The notes below the pieces were generated by a model. The model was not told where the DNA came from. It did not search any database and saw nothing but the letters and a program-made list of their open reading frames with translations. The position numbers were made by a program, and so were the translations under genes. DNA of 40,402 nt from IMG/VR virus record IMGVR_UViG_2529292883_000006, one strand, 5' to 3'. This DNA is from a virus (taxonomy: Duplodnaviria; Heunggongvirae; Uroviricota; Caudoviricetes). This document shows positions 17,760 through 27,817 of this stretch, one piece after another (positions within the stretch are counted from its first letter, which is position 1; each line of letters begins with the position of its first letter).

Positions 17760-18773
17760 ATGAACATGACACCAGAAGCACAAAAGCTGGTTAATCAGTA
17801 CATCAGCGAACTGCAAAAAACATTCAGTGACTGCGGGAAATCAGGCGATCGTTTCTTTTCGCTGACCGAGCCACGCAGTATTGCCCTGCGCAAAGCCCTG
17901 CTGGAAAGCACGGAATTTCTGAGTTTCATCACCTGCATGGACGTTCCGCACCCGCAAGGGCAGGTCGTCACCGTGGGCGAATCCACGCTGCGCACCGGTC
18001 GCGTGAAAAGCGGTCGTTTCGCTAAAGGTTCGGGCATCAAAGGCAACGAATTTAAACTCGTTGAAACTGATTCCTGCTGCGTGATCACCTGGGAACAACT
18101 CGCCATCTGGGCGAATGCCGGCAGCCCGCAGGAATTTTTCAACCTGATGAACTCCGCCGCCGTCACCAACTTTGCGCTGGACATGCTGCGCATTGGCTTT
18201 AACGGTAAAGAGGCTGCTGAAAACTCTGACCCGGAAAGTCACCCGAACGGCGAAGACGTTAACGTCGGCTGGCATGAAATCGCCAAAAAGTGGGGAGAAC
18301 AGCCCGGCAATACCTCCCGTATTCTGACGGACGCCGTTACCCTGGGCGAAGGCGGTGATTATGTCAGCCTTGATGCCATGGCCTCAGACCTGATCCGCAC
18401 TTATATCCCGGCGCAATATCACAACGATCCTCGCCTTACTGTACTGGTTGGCGCAGACCTTGTGGCTGCTGAAGAACTACGCCTCTACAACAAAGAGGAC
18501 AAGCCCACCGAAAAAGTGGCCGCACAGTTGCTGACGAAGAACATTGCGGGCCGCAAGGCCATCATTCCGCCGTTTATGCCGGGCAAACGTATGGTGGTGA
18601 CCATGCTGCCAAACCTGCAGATCCTGACGCTGAAAGGCTCCCGCCGCCGCAAGGCAGAAGATGTGGGCGATCGCAAACAGTTCGAAAACTCATACTGGCG
18701 TTACGAGGGGTACGCCCTGGGCGATCCGGATTTATATGCTGCCGTAGATGAGTCTGCGGTCACCATCGCCTGA
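17760..18773 (+). CDS. Major capsid protein (P2 gpN-like)
   Basis: 337 aa. Motifs GFNGKEAAENSD, GGDYVSLDAM and NDPRLTVLVG resemble P2 N. Confidence 0.9.
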   Translation: MNMTPEAQKLVNQYISELQKTFSDCGKSGDRFFSLTEPRSIALRKALLESTEFLSFITCMDVPHPQGQVVTVGESTLRTGRVKSGRFAKGSGIKGNEFKLVETDSCCVITWEQLAIWANAGSPQEFFNLMNSAAVTNFALDMLRIGFNGKEAAENSDPESHPNGEDVNVGWHEIAKKWGEQPGNTSRILTDAVTLGEGGDYVSLDAMASDLIRTYIPAQYHNDPRLTVLVGADLVAAEELRLYNKEDKPTEKVAAQLLTKNIAGRKAIIPPFMPGKRMVVTMLPNLQILTLKGSRRRKAEDVGDRKQFENSYWRYEGYALGDPDLYAAVDESAVTIA

Positions 18774-18790
18774 TAAACGGAACGCACGGT

Positions 18791-19501
18791 ATGCCAACGC
18801 CAATGCAGCGACAACGTGCCCGACAGATGGATGAGCGCCGTGCGGCGCTCATGACCAGAACGGACGGGAGCGCCATCAGCACAGAGAGTCAGCACATTAA
18901 GCTGCTGGCACTGGATAACGACATCAGACAACTGCACAACATGGAGCTGCTGTCTGACAAGCTGGAATTCAAACGGAACACGCTGCTGCCCCGCTGGCTG
19001 CCACACGCACAGGCTTATCTGGAGGGGGAACGCGTCTATCAGAATCCCATTCTGGTGTACTGCATCATCTGGCTGTTCGATACCGGGCAGTTTGAGATGG
19101 CGCTGCGGTGGGCTGACATTGCCATTGAGCAGGGGCAAAAGACGCCGGAGAACTTCAAAAGCGAGCTGCCAACGTTTGTGGCCCATTTCATTCTTGAATG
19201 GGCAGAAACCGAAGCTGAACGCGGGAACAGTATCGCGCCATATTTTCAGCAGGTGTTTGAAAAAATCCGTGACAAATGGCGCGTGAATGAACGCCTTGCT
19301 GCCCGCTACTGGCGCTTTGCAGGCGTCCTGCTGCTGCGCGGCGATGACGGTAAACCGCTGGCCAGTGCAATTAACGATCCGGAGAGACTGCAACAGGCCG
19401 ACCAGTGTCTGGAACAGGCTGCCTGGCTGCATCCAAAAATTCAGGTGAAAACCCTGCGCCAGCGCATTGCCGCAAGACTGCGCGCGTTGCAGGGCACGTA
19501 A
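18791..19501 (+). CDS. Terminase small (endonuclease) subunit (P2 gpM-like)
   Basis: 236 aa at the P2 M position in the O-N-M-L operon. Confidence 0.8.
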   Translation: MPTPMQRQRARQMDERRAALMTRTDGSAISTESQHIKLLALDNDIRQLHNMELLSDKLEFKRNTLLPRWLPHAQAYLEGERVYQNPILVYCIIWLFDTGQFEMALRWADIAIEQGQKTPENFKSELPTFVAHFILEWAETEAERGNSIAPYFQQVFEKIRDKWRVNERLAARYWRFAGVLLLRGDDGKPLASAINDPERLQQADQCLEQAAWLHPKIQVKTLRQRIAARLRALQGT

Positions 19502-19599
19502 ACGACTCCCAACAACCGGGCGGGCGCGGTGGAGGTGTGCCGGCAAAAGCCATCAGCACACTGCGGAAACCGGTCAGCCCGCCTTTCCCCGGAGTGAGC

Positions 19600-20094
19600 A
19601 TGTTTGACGGGAAAAGCATTCACTATCAGCAGGCCATTATTCAGAACGATGGATTCTGGCCGGATATTGATGCCGGCGATTTTGAAAAGAGCCGCAGCAT
19701 CCCCGCCGTCACGTCGCACGAAACGGTGCTGACGGCGCTGCTTTGCGCGGTAACAGAGATTAACACTGAACTGGCTGCACGCCGTGAATACTGGCAGGAA
19801 CAGGGCCACACCCGGGCCGCTGATATTCCGGGTTACACCGTGTTGCAACCAGAGCCGCGCAATACGGATGCACAACCTGAACGGATGCAGAACCACATTA
19901 CAGCACTGTACACCAAGGCTGTGTATGCCCGCGCAAAGGCCGATCTTTTGCCGGAATCAGCCAGCGTGGGGCGACGCGAGGCGCAGCCCTCATCAGAAGC
20001 CAGCGAGAGCCGCCGGACGTTGCTGGCTGAAGCGGCAATGGCGGTGCGGGCGCTGCTGGGCCGACCGCGTGCATCCATCGCGCTGATTGATTAA
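19600..20094 (+). CDS. Head completion/stabilisation protein (P2 gpL-like)
   Basis: In-frame ATG at 19600 within the 19405-20094 ORF. Translation MFDGKSIHYQQAIIQNDGFWPDIDAGDFEKSRSIP... resembles P2 L. Confidence 0.75.
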   Translation: MFDGKSIHYQQAIIQNDGFWPDIDAGDFEKSRSIPAVTSHETVLTALLCAVTEINTELAARREYWQEQGHTRAADIPGYTVLQPEPRNTDAQPERMQNHITALYTKAVYARAKADLLPESASVGRREAQPSSEASESRRTLLAEAAMAVRALLGRPRASIALID

Positions 20095-20103
20095 GGAAAT
20101 GGT

Positions 20104-20577
20104 ATGACGCAACTCGCCAGCCTGACGGCATTCATTGAAAACAATCTGCCGGCACGCGCACGCATTCCGTTCACCAGTGACATGGATGACATAACGCTCC
20201 TTCCGTTTACGAAGTCGCTGGGGCACGGGCAGTTATGTACGCAGGTCCGAAAATATACAGCTTTTCTGCGATGGGACGCATGGCCCTATCGTCAGCTCAA
20301 TCCGGATTTGGTGTTTTCTCTGGTTGAAGCCTGGCTGGCAGACAACGCCGGCGACCTGCGCCAGCGCCTGGCACCGGATGCGCCAGCCGTTGACGTCGAA
20401 GTGGATGATGAAAATGAAGTGGCATGGCTGGAAATCAGTCTGCCGCTGGTTGATCCCATCACCCTGGTTGAGGATGAAAACGGCCCCATCCCCAGAGGCG
20501 GGAAACGTTACCAGCTGGAAAAGCCTGAAATCTGGGTGGCTCAGGCGCATCAGCTTCACTGTCAGGTGATGCCATGA
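20104..20577 (+). CDS. Putative head-tail joining / tail completion protein
   Basis: 157-aa ORF immediately after L. Function assigned by position only. Confidence 0.4.
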   Translation: MTQLASLTAFIENNLPARARIPFTSDMDDITLLPFTKSLGHGQLCTQVRKYTAFLRWDAWPYRQLNPDLVFSLVEAWLADNAGDLRQRLAPDAPAVDVEVDDENEVAWLEISLPLVDPITLVEDENGPIPRGGKRYQLEKPEIWVAQAHQLHCQVMP

Positions 20578-21287
20578 CGCGCCCCGTGATTAACGAGTCA
20601 CAACTCCGGCAGGTTCGTCGCGCCATCAGAGAGGCAGAACTGCCGCCGGCAAAGGCCAGAAAGCTGCTGGTTCGCATTGCGAAACACGGCCTGATACCGG
20701 CTGCACGACGCAATGTGAAAGCACAGCGAACACCTGAGGGGGCAGCCTGGGCACCACGAAAAAGACCGGATAAAGCCAGCGGCAGGTATAAAAACAAAAT
20801 GCTGCTGGGACTGCCAAAACTGCTGGCCATCAGGGTTGACGGCAACGGGAAAAGTGTCCGCCTTTTCTTCAAAAAAGGGGATTACAACACCGGCTCTCAT
20901 GGTGGGGCGGTCGCGTGGGTGCAACAGCACGGCGCAACCATCAAAGGCCGCGCCACAAAACGCCGGGACAACGAAACCATGCGCACCCACCCCGCCACAC
21001 GACGGCAGGCAGAGCGCCTTCTCTCTCTGGGCTTTCGCGCACCCGTCGGCGCAGTCAGCAAAAAGACCGGACGCAGGGGGCGCAGAAAGCCCTCCATGAA
21101 ATGGATTATGGAAAACATGAGTATGGCGCAGGCCGGGCTGGTGATCAGCATTCTGAAAGGCGAGCAGAAAAAACGTGTATGGGAAATCAAAATTCCCTCC
21201 CGCGCATTTCTGGGAGTCAGCAACGCTGAATTTGCCCGCATTCTGGAGGCGCAATTGCGCAGCCTGCATTACGGCGGCACGAGATAA
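20574..21287 (+). CDS. Putative virion morphogenesis protein (gpS-like, basic)
   Basis: 237 aa, Arg/Lys-rich N-terminus. Coupled to the upstream gene. Confidence 0.45.
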   Translation: MTRPVINESQLRQVRRAIREAELPPAKARKLLVRIAKHGLIPAARRNVKAQRTPEGAAWAPRKRPDKASGRYKNKMLLGLPKLLAIRVDGNGKSVRLFFKKGDYNTGSHGGAVAWVQQHGATIKGRATKRRDNETMRTHPATRRQAERLLSLGFRAPVGAVSKKTGRRGRRKPSMKWIMENMSMAQAGLVISILKGEQKKRVWEIKIPSRAFLGVSNAEFARILEAQLRSLHYGGTR

Positions 21288-21306
21288 CAAAATCAGGAGA
21301 TAAATC

Positions 21307-22455
21307 ATGACCTGGCCATCTGTCACAATTGAACAGTACAACACATTCAGCAGTTCACCGGACGGCGTGGAAAATACACTGCTGTTTGTGGGCAATGCAC
21401 AAAACAACAAAGGTAAGGTTCTGCCGGTTAATGCCAACAGCGATCTGGATGAACTGCTGGGAACAAACGCCAGCCCGTTGAAGAATTTCCTACAGTCTGC
21501 GCTGACCAATGCCGGACAGAATGCCTTTTTCTATGTTGCCGTTCTGCCGGAAGCCGGCAAAGGCAAAGAAGCAACGCCAGCCTGTCAGGCATGGCAGAAC
21601 GCCATTCTGGCAGCTCAGGAAACTGTTTCAGTTGAAGGCGTGGTGATCACCGAGCCGGTCAGCACGAAGGATGACATCAACGCCATACAGGCGTTACGTC
21701 AGACCATCATCAATAAATATCAGCGCCGCATCTGGTTCATTCTGACCATTGCCGCCAATAACTGCAGCAAAACCTGGGCAGATTACGTTGCTGAACTGAC
21801 CACGCTACAGGAAGGCATCGCCGCCCCACAAATCATGCTGGTTCCGGAAATTTTTGGATTTGAACCGGGCGTTCTTGCCGGCCGTTTGTGTAACAGCGCC
21901 GTCACCATTGCTGACAGTCCAGCGCGTGTGGCAACCGGGGCGCTGTCCGCATTGAAAACCACAGAGCGCCCGAAGGACTGCGCAGGGCAGGTAATTGATC
22001 TCGCCACCCTGCAGGCACTGGCAACCGCCCGCTACAGCGTGCCCATGTGGTATGCCGACTATGACGGCCTTTACTGGGCTGATGGTGTGACACTTGAGGT
22101 GGAAGGCGGGGACTACAACGTCATTGAGCATGTCCGCATTGCTGATAAGGTGGCACGCCGCGTGCGACTGATGGCCATCCCCAAAATTGCCGATCGCTCA
22201 CTGAACAGCACGCCGGGCAGCATTGCCGCACATGAAACGCTGTTTGCCCGCCCACTGCGTGCCATGGCGAAATCCACGCAACTTAACGGCATCACGTTTC
22301 CGGGCGAAGTGAAATCGCCCCGGAAAGGCGACGTGGTTATCACCTGGCAGGACGAAAAGACGGTCAGTATCAGCATTGTCGTCCGCCCTTACGCCTGCCC
22401 TAAAACCATCAAAGTGGGCATTCAGCTGGATAAATCTCTGGAGGAAAACGCATGA
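21307..22455 (+). CDS. Putative tail sheath protein
   Basis: 382 aa, first gene of the tail operon, directly followed by a tube-sized gene. Assignment from order and size. Confidence 0.5.
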   Translation: MTWPSVTIEQYNTFSSSPDGVENTLLFVGNAQNNKGKVLPVNANSDLDELLGTNASPLKNFLQSALTNAGQNAFFYVAVLPEAGKGKEATPACQAWQNAILAAQETVSVEGVVITEPVSTKDDINAIQALRQTIINKYQRRIWFILTIAANNCSKTWADYVAELTTLQEGIAAPQIMLVPEIFGFEPGVLAGRLCNSAVTIADSPARVATGALSALKTTERPKDCAGQVIDLATLQALATARYSVPMWYADYDGLYWADGVTLEVEGGDYNVIEHVRIADKVARRVRLMAIPKIADRSLNSTPGSIAAHETLFARPLRAMAKSTQLNGITFPGEVKSPRKGDVVITWQDEKTVSISIVVRPYACPKTIKVGIQLDKSLEENA

Positions 22456-22907
22456 CGACCCGCATTAACGGCATGGCGTTTGACACCTTTATCGGTGGAA
22501 CGGATATCCATGTGAAAAGCATCTCACTGGACATCAGCGATGAAAGCGCCGTTGCCAAAACCCGTGGCATCCCTGACGGCAAACTGCGCGGCCCTGTCAG
22601 TGCCGAAGGTGAAATCGAAATGAGTACCCGCAGCTTTAACCAGCTCGGGGAAGTGGCTGCTCAGGCGGGATCGTGGCGTGACCTGCCGCCAATGGATTTT
22701 GTGTTTTACGCCAATACGGGAACCGAAGAAATCCGCGTTGAAGCCTTCGGTTGTGAGCTGATGCTTTCCGGCCTGTTAAGCATTGACACCGAGAGCGCAG
22801 ATCTGACCACGCACAAAATCAAGTACGTGGTGGCAAGCCCTGACTTTGTGCGTATCAACGGCGTGCCCGTTCTCTCAGAGAACGACGTGCGCGGACTGAT
22901 GGGGTGA
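22452..22907 (+). CDS. Putative tail tube protein
   Basis: 151 aa, coupled to the sheath gene. Confidence 0.5.
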   Translation: MTTRINGMAFDTFIGGTDIHVKSISLDISDESAVAKTRGIPDGKLRGPVSAEGEIEMSTRSFNQLGEVAAQAGSWRDLPPMDFVFYANTGTEEIRVEAFGCELMLSGLLSIDTESADLTTHKIKYVVASPDFVRINGVPVLSENDVRGLMG

Positions 22908-22910
22908 ACC

Positions 22911-23207
22911 ATGCAGGAGCATGAGCGCACCATTATCACTCTGGGCATTCTGGGCGGAATCGCTGCCGCAAGTCGGGTGCTGGCTGGCGCAGAGCCGATT
23001 ACGTTGCGGTTGTTTGTGGGCCGAACCCTGCTGGGGAGCGCGCTGGGTGTTTCTGCCGCTGCCCTGCTGGTTCGCTACCCGAACCTTGACCCACTGGCCA
23101 TTGCCGGCGCAGGCACCGCAATGGGCGTTGCCGGTTACCAGATTGTTGAAATCTTCCTGCGTCATATGCGCCGGAAGCTGGGCGAGAAAGAGAACAAAGA
23201 GGAGTAA
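22911..23207 (+). CDS. Putative holin (membrane protein with charged C-terminus)
   Basis: 98 aa with 2-3 hydrophobic segments and a KEKENKEE tail. Lies upstream of the endolysin. Confidence 0.45.
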   Translation: MQEHERTIITLGILGGIAAASRVLAGAEPITLRLFVGRTLLGSALGVSAAALLVRYPNLDPLAIAGAGTAMGVAGYQIVEIFLRHMRRKLGEKENKEE

Positions 23208-23316
23208 CAGCAATGCTGTCCCGCAGGGAACAAAAAGCTGCCGCCATTGCCTGGAAAATTATCCGGGCACTGTGGTACTGGCTGCGCAAACCTCAGCAAC
23301 CTCATAAGGAGCAAAA

Positions 23317-23658
23317 ATGAAACTCTCCGATAAGCAACAACAATTTACCGTCATGATCGGAAAACTCATCCAGTTTGCCCATCAGCGCGGTTATGGCCTG
23401 ACGTTCGGTGAGGCGTACCGCACGCCAGAACAGGCAAAACTCAACGCACAAAAGGGATCCGGCATTGCCAACAGCCTGCACTGCCAGCGGCTGGCCGTGG
23501 ATTTTAATCTGTTTATTAACGGTGAATATCAGACCCGCACAGAGGCCTACCGAGAGCTGGGCGAGTACTGGGAATCCCTTGGTGGCGCATGGGGCGGTCG
23601 TTTTAAAAACCGCCCGGATGGCAATCATTTCAGCCTTGAGCACGACGGCGTGCGCTGA
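23317..23658 (+). CDS. Endolysin, peptidase M15 (VanY / L-Ala-D-Glu peptidase-like) family
   Basis: 113 aa with zinc-ligand motifs SLHCQRLAVD and DGNHFSLEH typical of M15 peptidases. Confidence 0.7.
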   Translation: MKLSDKQQQFTVMIGKLIQFAHQRGYGLTFGEAYRTPEQAKLNAQKGSGIANSLHCQRLAVDFNLFINGEYQTRTEAYRELGEYWESLGGAWGGRFKNRPDGNHFSLEHDGVR

Positions 23659-23722
23659 TTTTACGCTTAATAAGCCTTCCTGCAGGCTTATTAAGCCCTC
23701 TTATTCTTGACTTTAAAAGGAA

Positions 23723-24016
23723 ATGATGATGAACGATAAAAACACCCAGACTACCGCAGAGAACACCATCACTTTACAGGTCGGCGAGCATGAACTGACG
23801 TTTATCCCGACCGTAAAAGCCTACAACGACCTGCAGAACGACTTCATGCCGGATAACAAAATCGCGCCGCTGAAAAACTACCTGCGCCGTATCGTGATTA
23901 AAGAGCACCGCGATCTGCTGAACCAGTTGCTGGAAAAACCAGGAATGCCGGCCAGCCTGGCAACAGCCGTGAATAACGAGTTTGTGCCGGAAGTGGAAAT
24001 CACCGTAAAAAAATAA
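23723..24016 (+). CDS. Tail assembly chaperone (P2 gpE / lambda G analogue)
   Basis: 97-aa ORF immediately upstream of the tape measure gene. Ends in the slippery run gtAAAAAAAtaa. Confidence 0.55.
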   Translation: MMMNDKNTQTTAENTITLQVGEHELTFIPTVKAYNDLQNDFMPDNKIAPLKNYLRRIVIKEHRDLLNQLLEKPGMPASLATAVNNEFVPEVEITVKK

Positions 24017-24204
24017 AAAGCCATCTGGGGGCCATTGATCGCAATGACCTTACCCGGATGCTGATCCTGCGCCGCCACTGGCTGCCCGGCGAGGATGACT
24101 CGCCGCAGTCACTGGCTGCCGCCGTCTGGCTGGATAACCACTACTGGGAAAATATGAGCATCGCCGTCAATAACGGCATTATCCGTGCTTTTAAGGGATC
24201 GTAA
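23723..24204 (+). CDS. Predicted -1 frameshift product of the tail assembly chaperone (E+E'-like)
   Basis: The heptamer A_AAA_AAA at 24007-24013 precedes the stop. The -1 frame stays open from 24013 to a stop at 24202-24204, overlapping the tape-measure ATG. Confidence 0.4.
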
Positions 24205-26300
24205 TGTCACAACAGCGCCTTGAATTACTTCTTGAACTGACAGACCGCCTGACAAGGCCGTTGCGTGCAGCCGGGCGACAGGTTCAGGGATTTGCTGCAA
24301 CAAGTCGGGGAGCCTTTCGGGACATTGCTACCGGAGGCGCTGCGCTCTGGGGAGTGGGAGCAGCCATTCAGGGGGCACTGATGCCAGCCATTGAAATGGA
24401 CAGGGCGCTCGGTGAGGTGAAATCACTGGGCGTCGCAGAGTCCGGATTGCGTAAACTCAGCCGCGCCGCCGTTGATTTCACTATGGAATACGGCGGGGCT
24501 GCGCAGGATTTTGTGCGTGCTTCTTACGACATCCAGTCAGCCATTGCCGGGTTAACTGACGATGAGCTGTCCAGCTTCACCACCGCATCAGCAACGGTGG
24601 CAGCAGCAACCAAATCCAGCAGCCAGACCATTACCGCCTACATGGGCACCATGTACGGCATCTTTAAAGACCAGGCTGATGCCATGGGAAAAAGCAAATG
24701 GGTGGAGCAGGTCGCCGGGCAAACCGCCACCGCCGTGCAAATGTTTAAAACAACCGGCGATAACATGTCAGCGGCGTTCACCACGCTGGGTGCCAGTGCA
24801 AAAGCGGCCGGTATTGATGCGGCTGAACAGTTCGCCGTGCTGGGACAACTGCAGGCCACCATGAGTGGCAGCGAGGCCGGGACAAAATACAAGGCATTTC
24901 TTGCCGCAGTAGGTAGCGCCCAGAAAAAGCTGGGGCTTAATTTCGTGAATAAAGACGGCACCATGAAAAGTGTTGTCGAGATCATGAAACTTATCAGGGG
25001 TAAATTTGGTGATCTGTCAAAAGTGGCCGATTCCGATTTGCTGAAAAGCGCCTTTGGCTCCGATGAAGCTGTGGCCATGATTAAATTACTCAATGCGGAC
25101 ATTGGCGGACTTGAAAAGAATATCGCCACGCTGGGCAATATCAAAGGTATGGATAAGGCTGTCGAAATGGCGCAGGCCATGGCTGACCCATGGGAACAGG
25201 CCGCTGCAATTATTAACGGCATTCGCATCGAAATTGGCACGCAGCTGTTGCCTGTTCTGTACCCGTTTATCCAGAAAAGCAACGAAGGCGGTAAATCCTT
25301 TGTTGCCTGGTTACGTCTGTATCCCAATATCACACGGGCCATTGGTTTACTGTCTGCCGCCCTGCTGGGCATTGCCGCAGTGGGTGCTGTTGTCAACATT
25401 ATGGTGGGTGTGGCGAAGTTTGTCTGGACAGGACTGCGGCTGGTCTGGCTGGCAGCCGTTGCGCCGCTGAAGATCCTCATTCTGCTGAAACGCACACTGA
25501 CGGCTACCATGTGGGCATTCACTGTAGTTGCCCGAACAGTCAGGGCACTGTATCTGGCCATGTCCATTGCCATGGGTACATACAATGTCAAAGCAAAAAT
25601 TCAGCTGGCGCTGCTGAAATTACAGCGCGCCGGACTCTGGCTTTATTCTGTTGCGCTGGGTGCCGCCGGCATAGCAATGAAAATCTACACCGCAGTCACC
25701 AGCGGAGCCGCAATTGCAACACAGTTACTTTTCAGCCCCATCACATTAATCATCCTGGCACTGGCTGCGCTGGGCGTGGGCATTTATTTCCTGATCACCC
25801 GCTGGGATGAGATTAAAGCCGCGCTGATGGATACCGCCGCCTTTCAGTGGGTGGCTGAAATGGTCGGCAGTATGGGGGCATGGTTCGGCAATGCATGGAA
25901 CACAATCCAGGGCGGCTGGATTGCACTGGTTAACTATTTTTCCACGCATTCACCTCTGGACGCCCTGAAGGATATCGCGGGCGGCATCCTGAACATTTTC
26001 AGTAACCTCTGGGAACTGGTGAAACAGTCCTTCAGTGATTCATGGGGCTGGATTGTGGACAAACTCAACATGATCCCCGGCGTTAACATCGGCACATCAG
26101 AAAGCACAGGAAGTGGCGAAGGCTCCGTATTAACCGGCGGTAAAGCCATCAGTGCGGGGCCGGGTGGCATTGCGGCAGAAATGCAGAATAACAGCGAAAA
26201 CCAGACCACAATCGACAACTCCCGTCGCGTGGTCAACGTCAATGTGCAGGATCCATCCCCTGCCCGCCTCAACGAGTGGATGGAGCTACATGCATACTGA
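24204..26300 (+). CDS. Tail tape measure protein
   Basis: 698 aa, Ala/Gly-rich with a central hydrophobic block. Position after the chaperone/frameshift. Confidence 0.8.
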   Translation: MSQQRLELLLELTDRLTRPLRAAGRQVQGFAATSRGAFRDIATGGAALWGVGAAIQGALMPAIEMDRALGEVKSLGVAESGLRKLSRAAVDFTMEYGGAAQDFVRASYDIQSAIAGLTDDELSSFTTASATVAAATKSSSQTITAYMGTMYGIFKDQADAMGKSKWVEQVAGQTATAVQMFKTTGDNMSAAFTTLGASAKAAGIDAAEQFAVLGQLQATMSGSEAGTKYKAFLAAVGSAQKKLGLNFVNKDGTMKSVVEIMKLIRGKFGDLSKVADSDLLKSAFGSDEAVAMIKLLNADIGGLEKNIATLGNIKGMDKAVEMAQAMADPWEQAAAIINGIRIEIGTQLLPVLYPFIQKSNEGGKSFVAWLRLYPNITRAIGLLSAALLGIAAVGAVVNIMVGVAKFVWTGLRLVWLAAVAPLKILILLKRTLTATMWAFTVVARTVRALYLAMSIAMGTYNVKAKIQLALLKLQRAGLWLYSVALGAAGIAMKIYTAVTSGAAIATQLLFSPITLIILALAALGVGIYFLITRWDEIKAALMDTAAFQWVAEMVGSMGAWFGNAWNTIQGGWIALVNYFSTHSPLDALKDIAGGILNIFSNLWELVKQSFSDSWGWIVDKLNMIPGVNIGTSESTGSGEGSVLTGGKAISAGPGGIAAEMQNNSENQTTIDNSRRVVNVNVQDPSPARLNEWMELHAY

Positions 26301-26640
26301 TAAACCGCTTTACATTGATTTGCTCATCACCGGTCGCAATCTCACGCTGAACAGCGCCAGTGAGCCGGTGTTATGCAACAACAGGGAAAGTATTGCCCAG
26401 GACTGCCAGCACGCCATCATTGAGAGCGGACTGGCAACGCGCCTGCTGGCTGAAAAAAGCCCGACACTTCGTGCCGACATCATGATGCAGATGACACTGC
26501 TGATTGAAGATGATGAGCGCATCACACCCGGCACGGTCAGTGTGACAGAAGAAACCCCGCTTTCTGGTCGCCTGCTGATTAGCGCCCACACCGAAGATTT
26601 TTTTGAACCCCTGACTTTTACGGTATCTCTTGATGATTAA
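26290..26640 (+). CDS. Putative baseplate wedge protein (gpW/gp25-like)
   Basis: ~116 aa immediately upstream of the baseplate J-like gene (P2 order V-W-J-I-H-G). Start chosen at the in-frame ATG at 26290. Confidence 0.4.
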   Translation: MHTDKPLYIDLLITGRNLTLNSASEPVLCNNRESIAQDCQHAIIESGLATRLLAEKSPTLRADIMMQMTLLIEDDERITPGTVSVTEETPLSGRLLISAHTEDFFEPLTFTVSLDD

Positions 26641-27817
26641 CGGCAAACCCACCGCAGATTACGAGCGCATTCTGGCTGATAACGGCATGCCGGTAACCGA
26701 AGAACAGGCACGCGCTGAATTTGAAGCCATTGTCAAAGACGAAGGGCTTATCACCAACACATCCCGCATGTCGCCGTTCTGGCGACTGATTACAGCCATC
26801 ACCACAAAACCCGTGATGTGGCTGAAAGATGCGCTGGTTAATGTGGTGATGAAAAACCTGTTTCTGGCCGATGCCAGCGGTGTATTCGTTGATGTTTTTG
26901 CCTGGGCGGTAAACCTGCAACGCAAGGCCGCCACGCACGCAGCCGGCGTGATTCGTTTCACCAAAAACGACATTGATCGCGCAGTTACCGTGCCGGCCGG
27001 TACGCAGATTCAGACAGAACGCATTAACGGCGTGATTTATACGCTGAGCGTTGTCAGGGATACCGTTATTCCGGCAGGAACACTCAGCATGAACATCGAT
27101 GTTTCTGCGGAACAGGCCGGAGCCGGCTTTAACCTTGCGCCGGGATATTACCGCATCCTTCCGGTGGCGATTGATGGTATTGCCGGTGTTGAGAACGATG
27201 AAAACTGGCTGACCACACCGGGTGCCAACGAAGAAAGCGATGACGAGTTGCGTGATCGTGTCCGCAATCAGTTTAATCTTGCCGGCGCTTATCACACCGA
27301 TGCTGTTTACCGGGGATTAATTGCCGGCGTTGCCGGCATCAGTGCCGACCGCATCTATTTTCTGCATGACGCACCACGCGGCCCCGGCACAGCAAATGCT
27401 TACATTCTGCTGGATACCGGCATCGCATCCGAACCGTTCGTTGATGCAGTAAACGCATTCATTAACGATGAAGGCCATCACGGACACGGTGATGATCTGC
27501 GCTGTTTTTCCATGCCCGAAACACGCCACACCCTGACCGTGACACTCTGGTTATATGCAACACTGAACCTCAGCGATGAGGAAATTCAGATGTTATTGCG
27601 CAATGTGGAAAATCTGGTTCGCTGTGCATTTCGCGAAAACAGCGATTATGACGTTCAGAAAACATGGCCGTACAGCCGTTTCAGCATGTCCAGACTGGGC
27701 GAAGAGATCCACCAGGTATTTCCACAGGTGGAGTCGGTTAAATTTTCTCTTCCGGATATTCTCAGTGATCTGGCTGTTCCTCGTCTGGAATCCCTTACTG
27801 TGGAGGTGAGCGCGTGA
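26630..27817 (+). CDS. Baseplate J-like protein
   Basis: 395 aa. Size and position between the wedge-like gene and the gpI-like gene. Confidence 0.55.
   Translation: MMINGKPTADYERILADNGMPVTEEQARAEFEAIVKDEGLITNTSRMSPFWRLITAITTKPVMWLKDALVNVVMKNLFLADASGVFVDVFAWAVNLQRKAATHAAGVIRFTKNDIDRAVTVPAGTQIQTERINGVIYTLSVVRDTVIPAGTLSMNIDVSAEQAGAGFNLAPGYYRILPVAIDGIAGVENDENWLTTPGANEESDDELRDRVRNQFNLAGAYHTDAVYRGLIAGVAGISADRIYFLHDAPRGPGTANAYILLDTGIASEPFVDAVNAFINDEGHHGHGDDLRCFSMPETRHTLTVTLWLYATLNLSDEEIQMLLRNVENLVRCAFRENSDYDVQKTWPYSRFSMSRLGEEIHQVFPQVESVKFSLPDILSDLAVPRLESLTVEVSA

Noticed and set aside
16894-17781. 295-aa minus-strand ORF opposite the scaffold gene
   Set aside because: Overlaps the scaffold gene on the opposite strand. 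The scaffold translation has clear P2 gpO-like motifs, whereas this frame is low-complexity.
18701-19546. 281-aa minus-strand ORF opposite the small terminase gene
   Set aside because: Antisense shadow of the gpM-like gene, with no start context and no recognisable motifs.
20598-21509. 303-aa minus-strand ORF antisense to the gpS-like and sheath genes
   Set aside because: It lies entirely within well-supported plus-strand structural genes in a coupled operon. Cys/Ser-rich composition with no RBS. Typical antisense shadow ORF in GC-rich DNA.
23408-23710. 100-aa ORF in an alternative frame within the endolysin gene, containing an LPTAC lipobox-like motif (possible embedded spanin)
   Set aside because: Not proline-rich, no RBS, and spanins are normally embedded in the i-spanin gene rather than in the endolysin. 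Kept only as a weak possibility in the lysis finding.
24638-25591. 317-aa minus-strand ORF inside the tape measure gene
   Set aside because: Antisense to the tape measure gene. Its composition mirrors the Ala-rich sense strand. No independent support.
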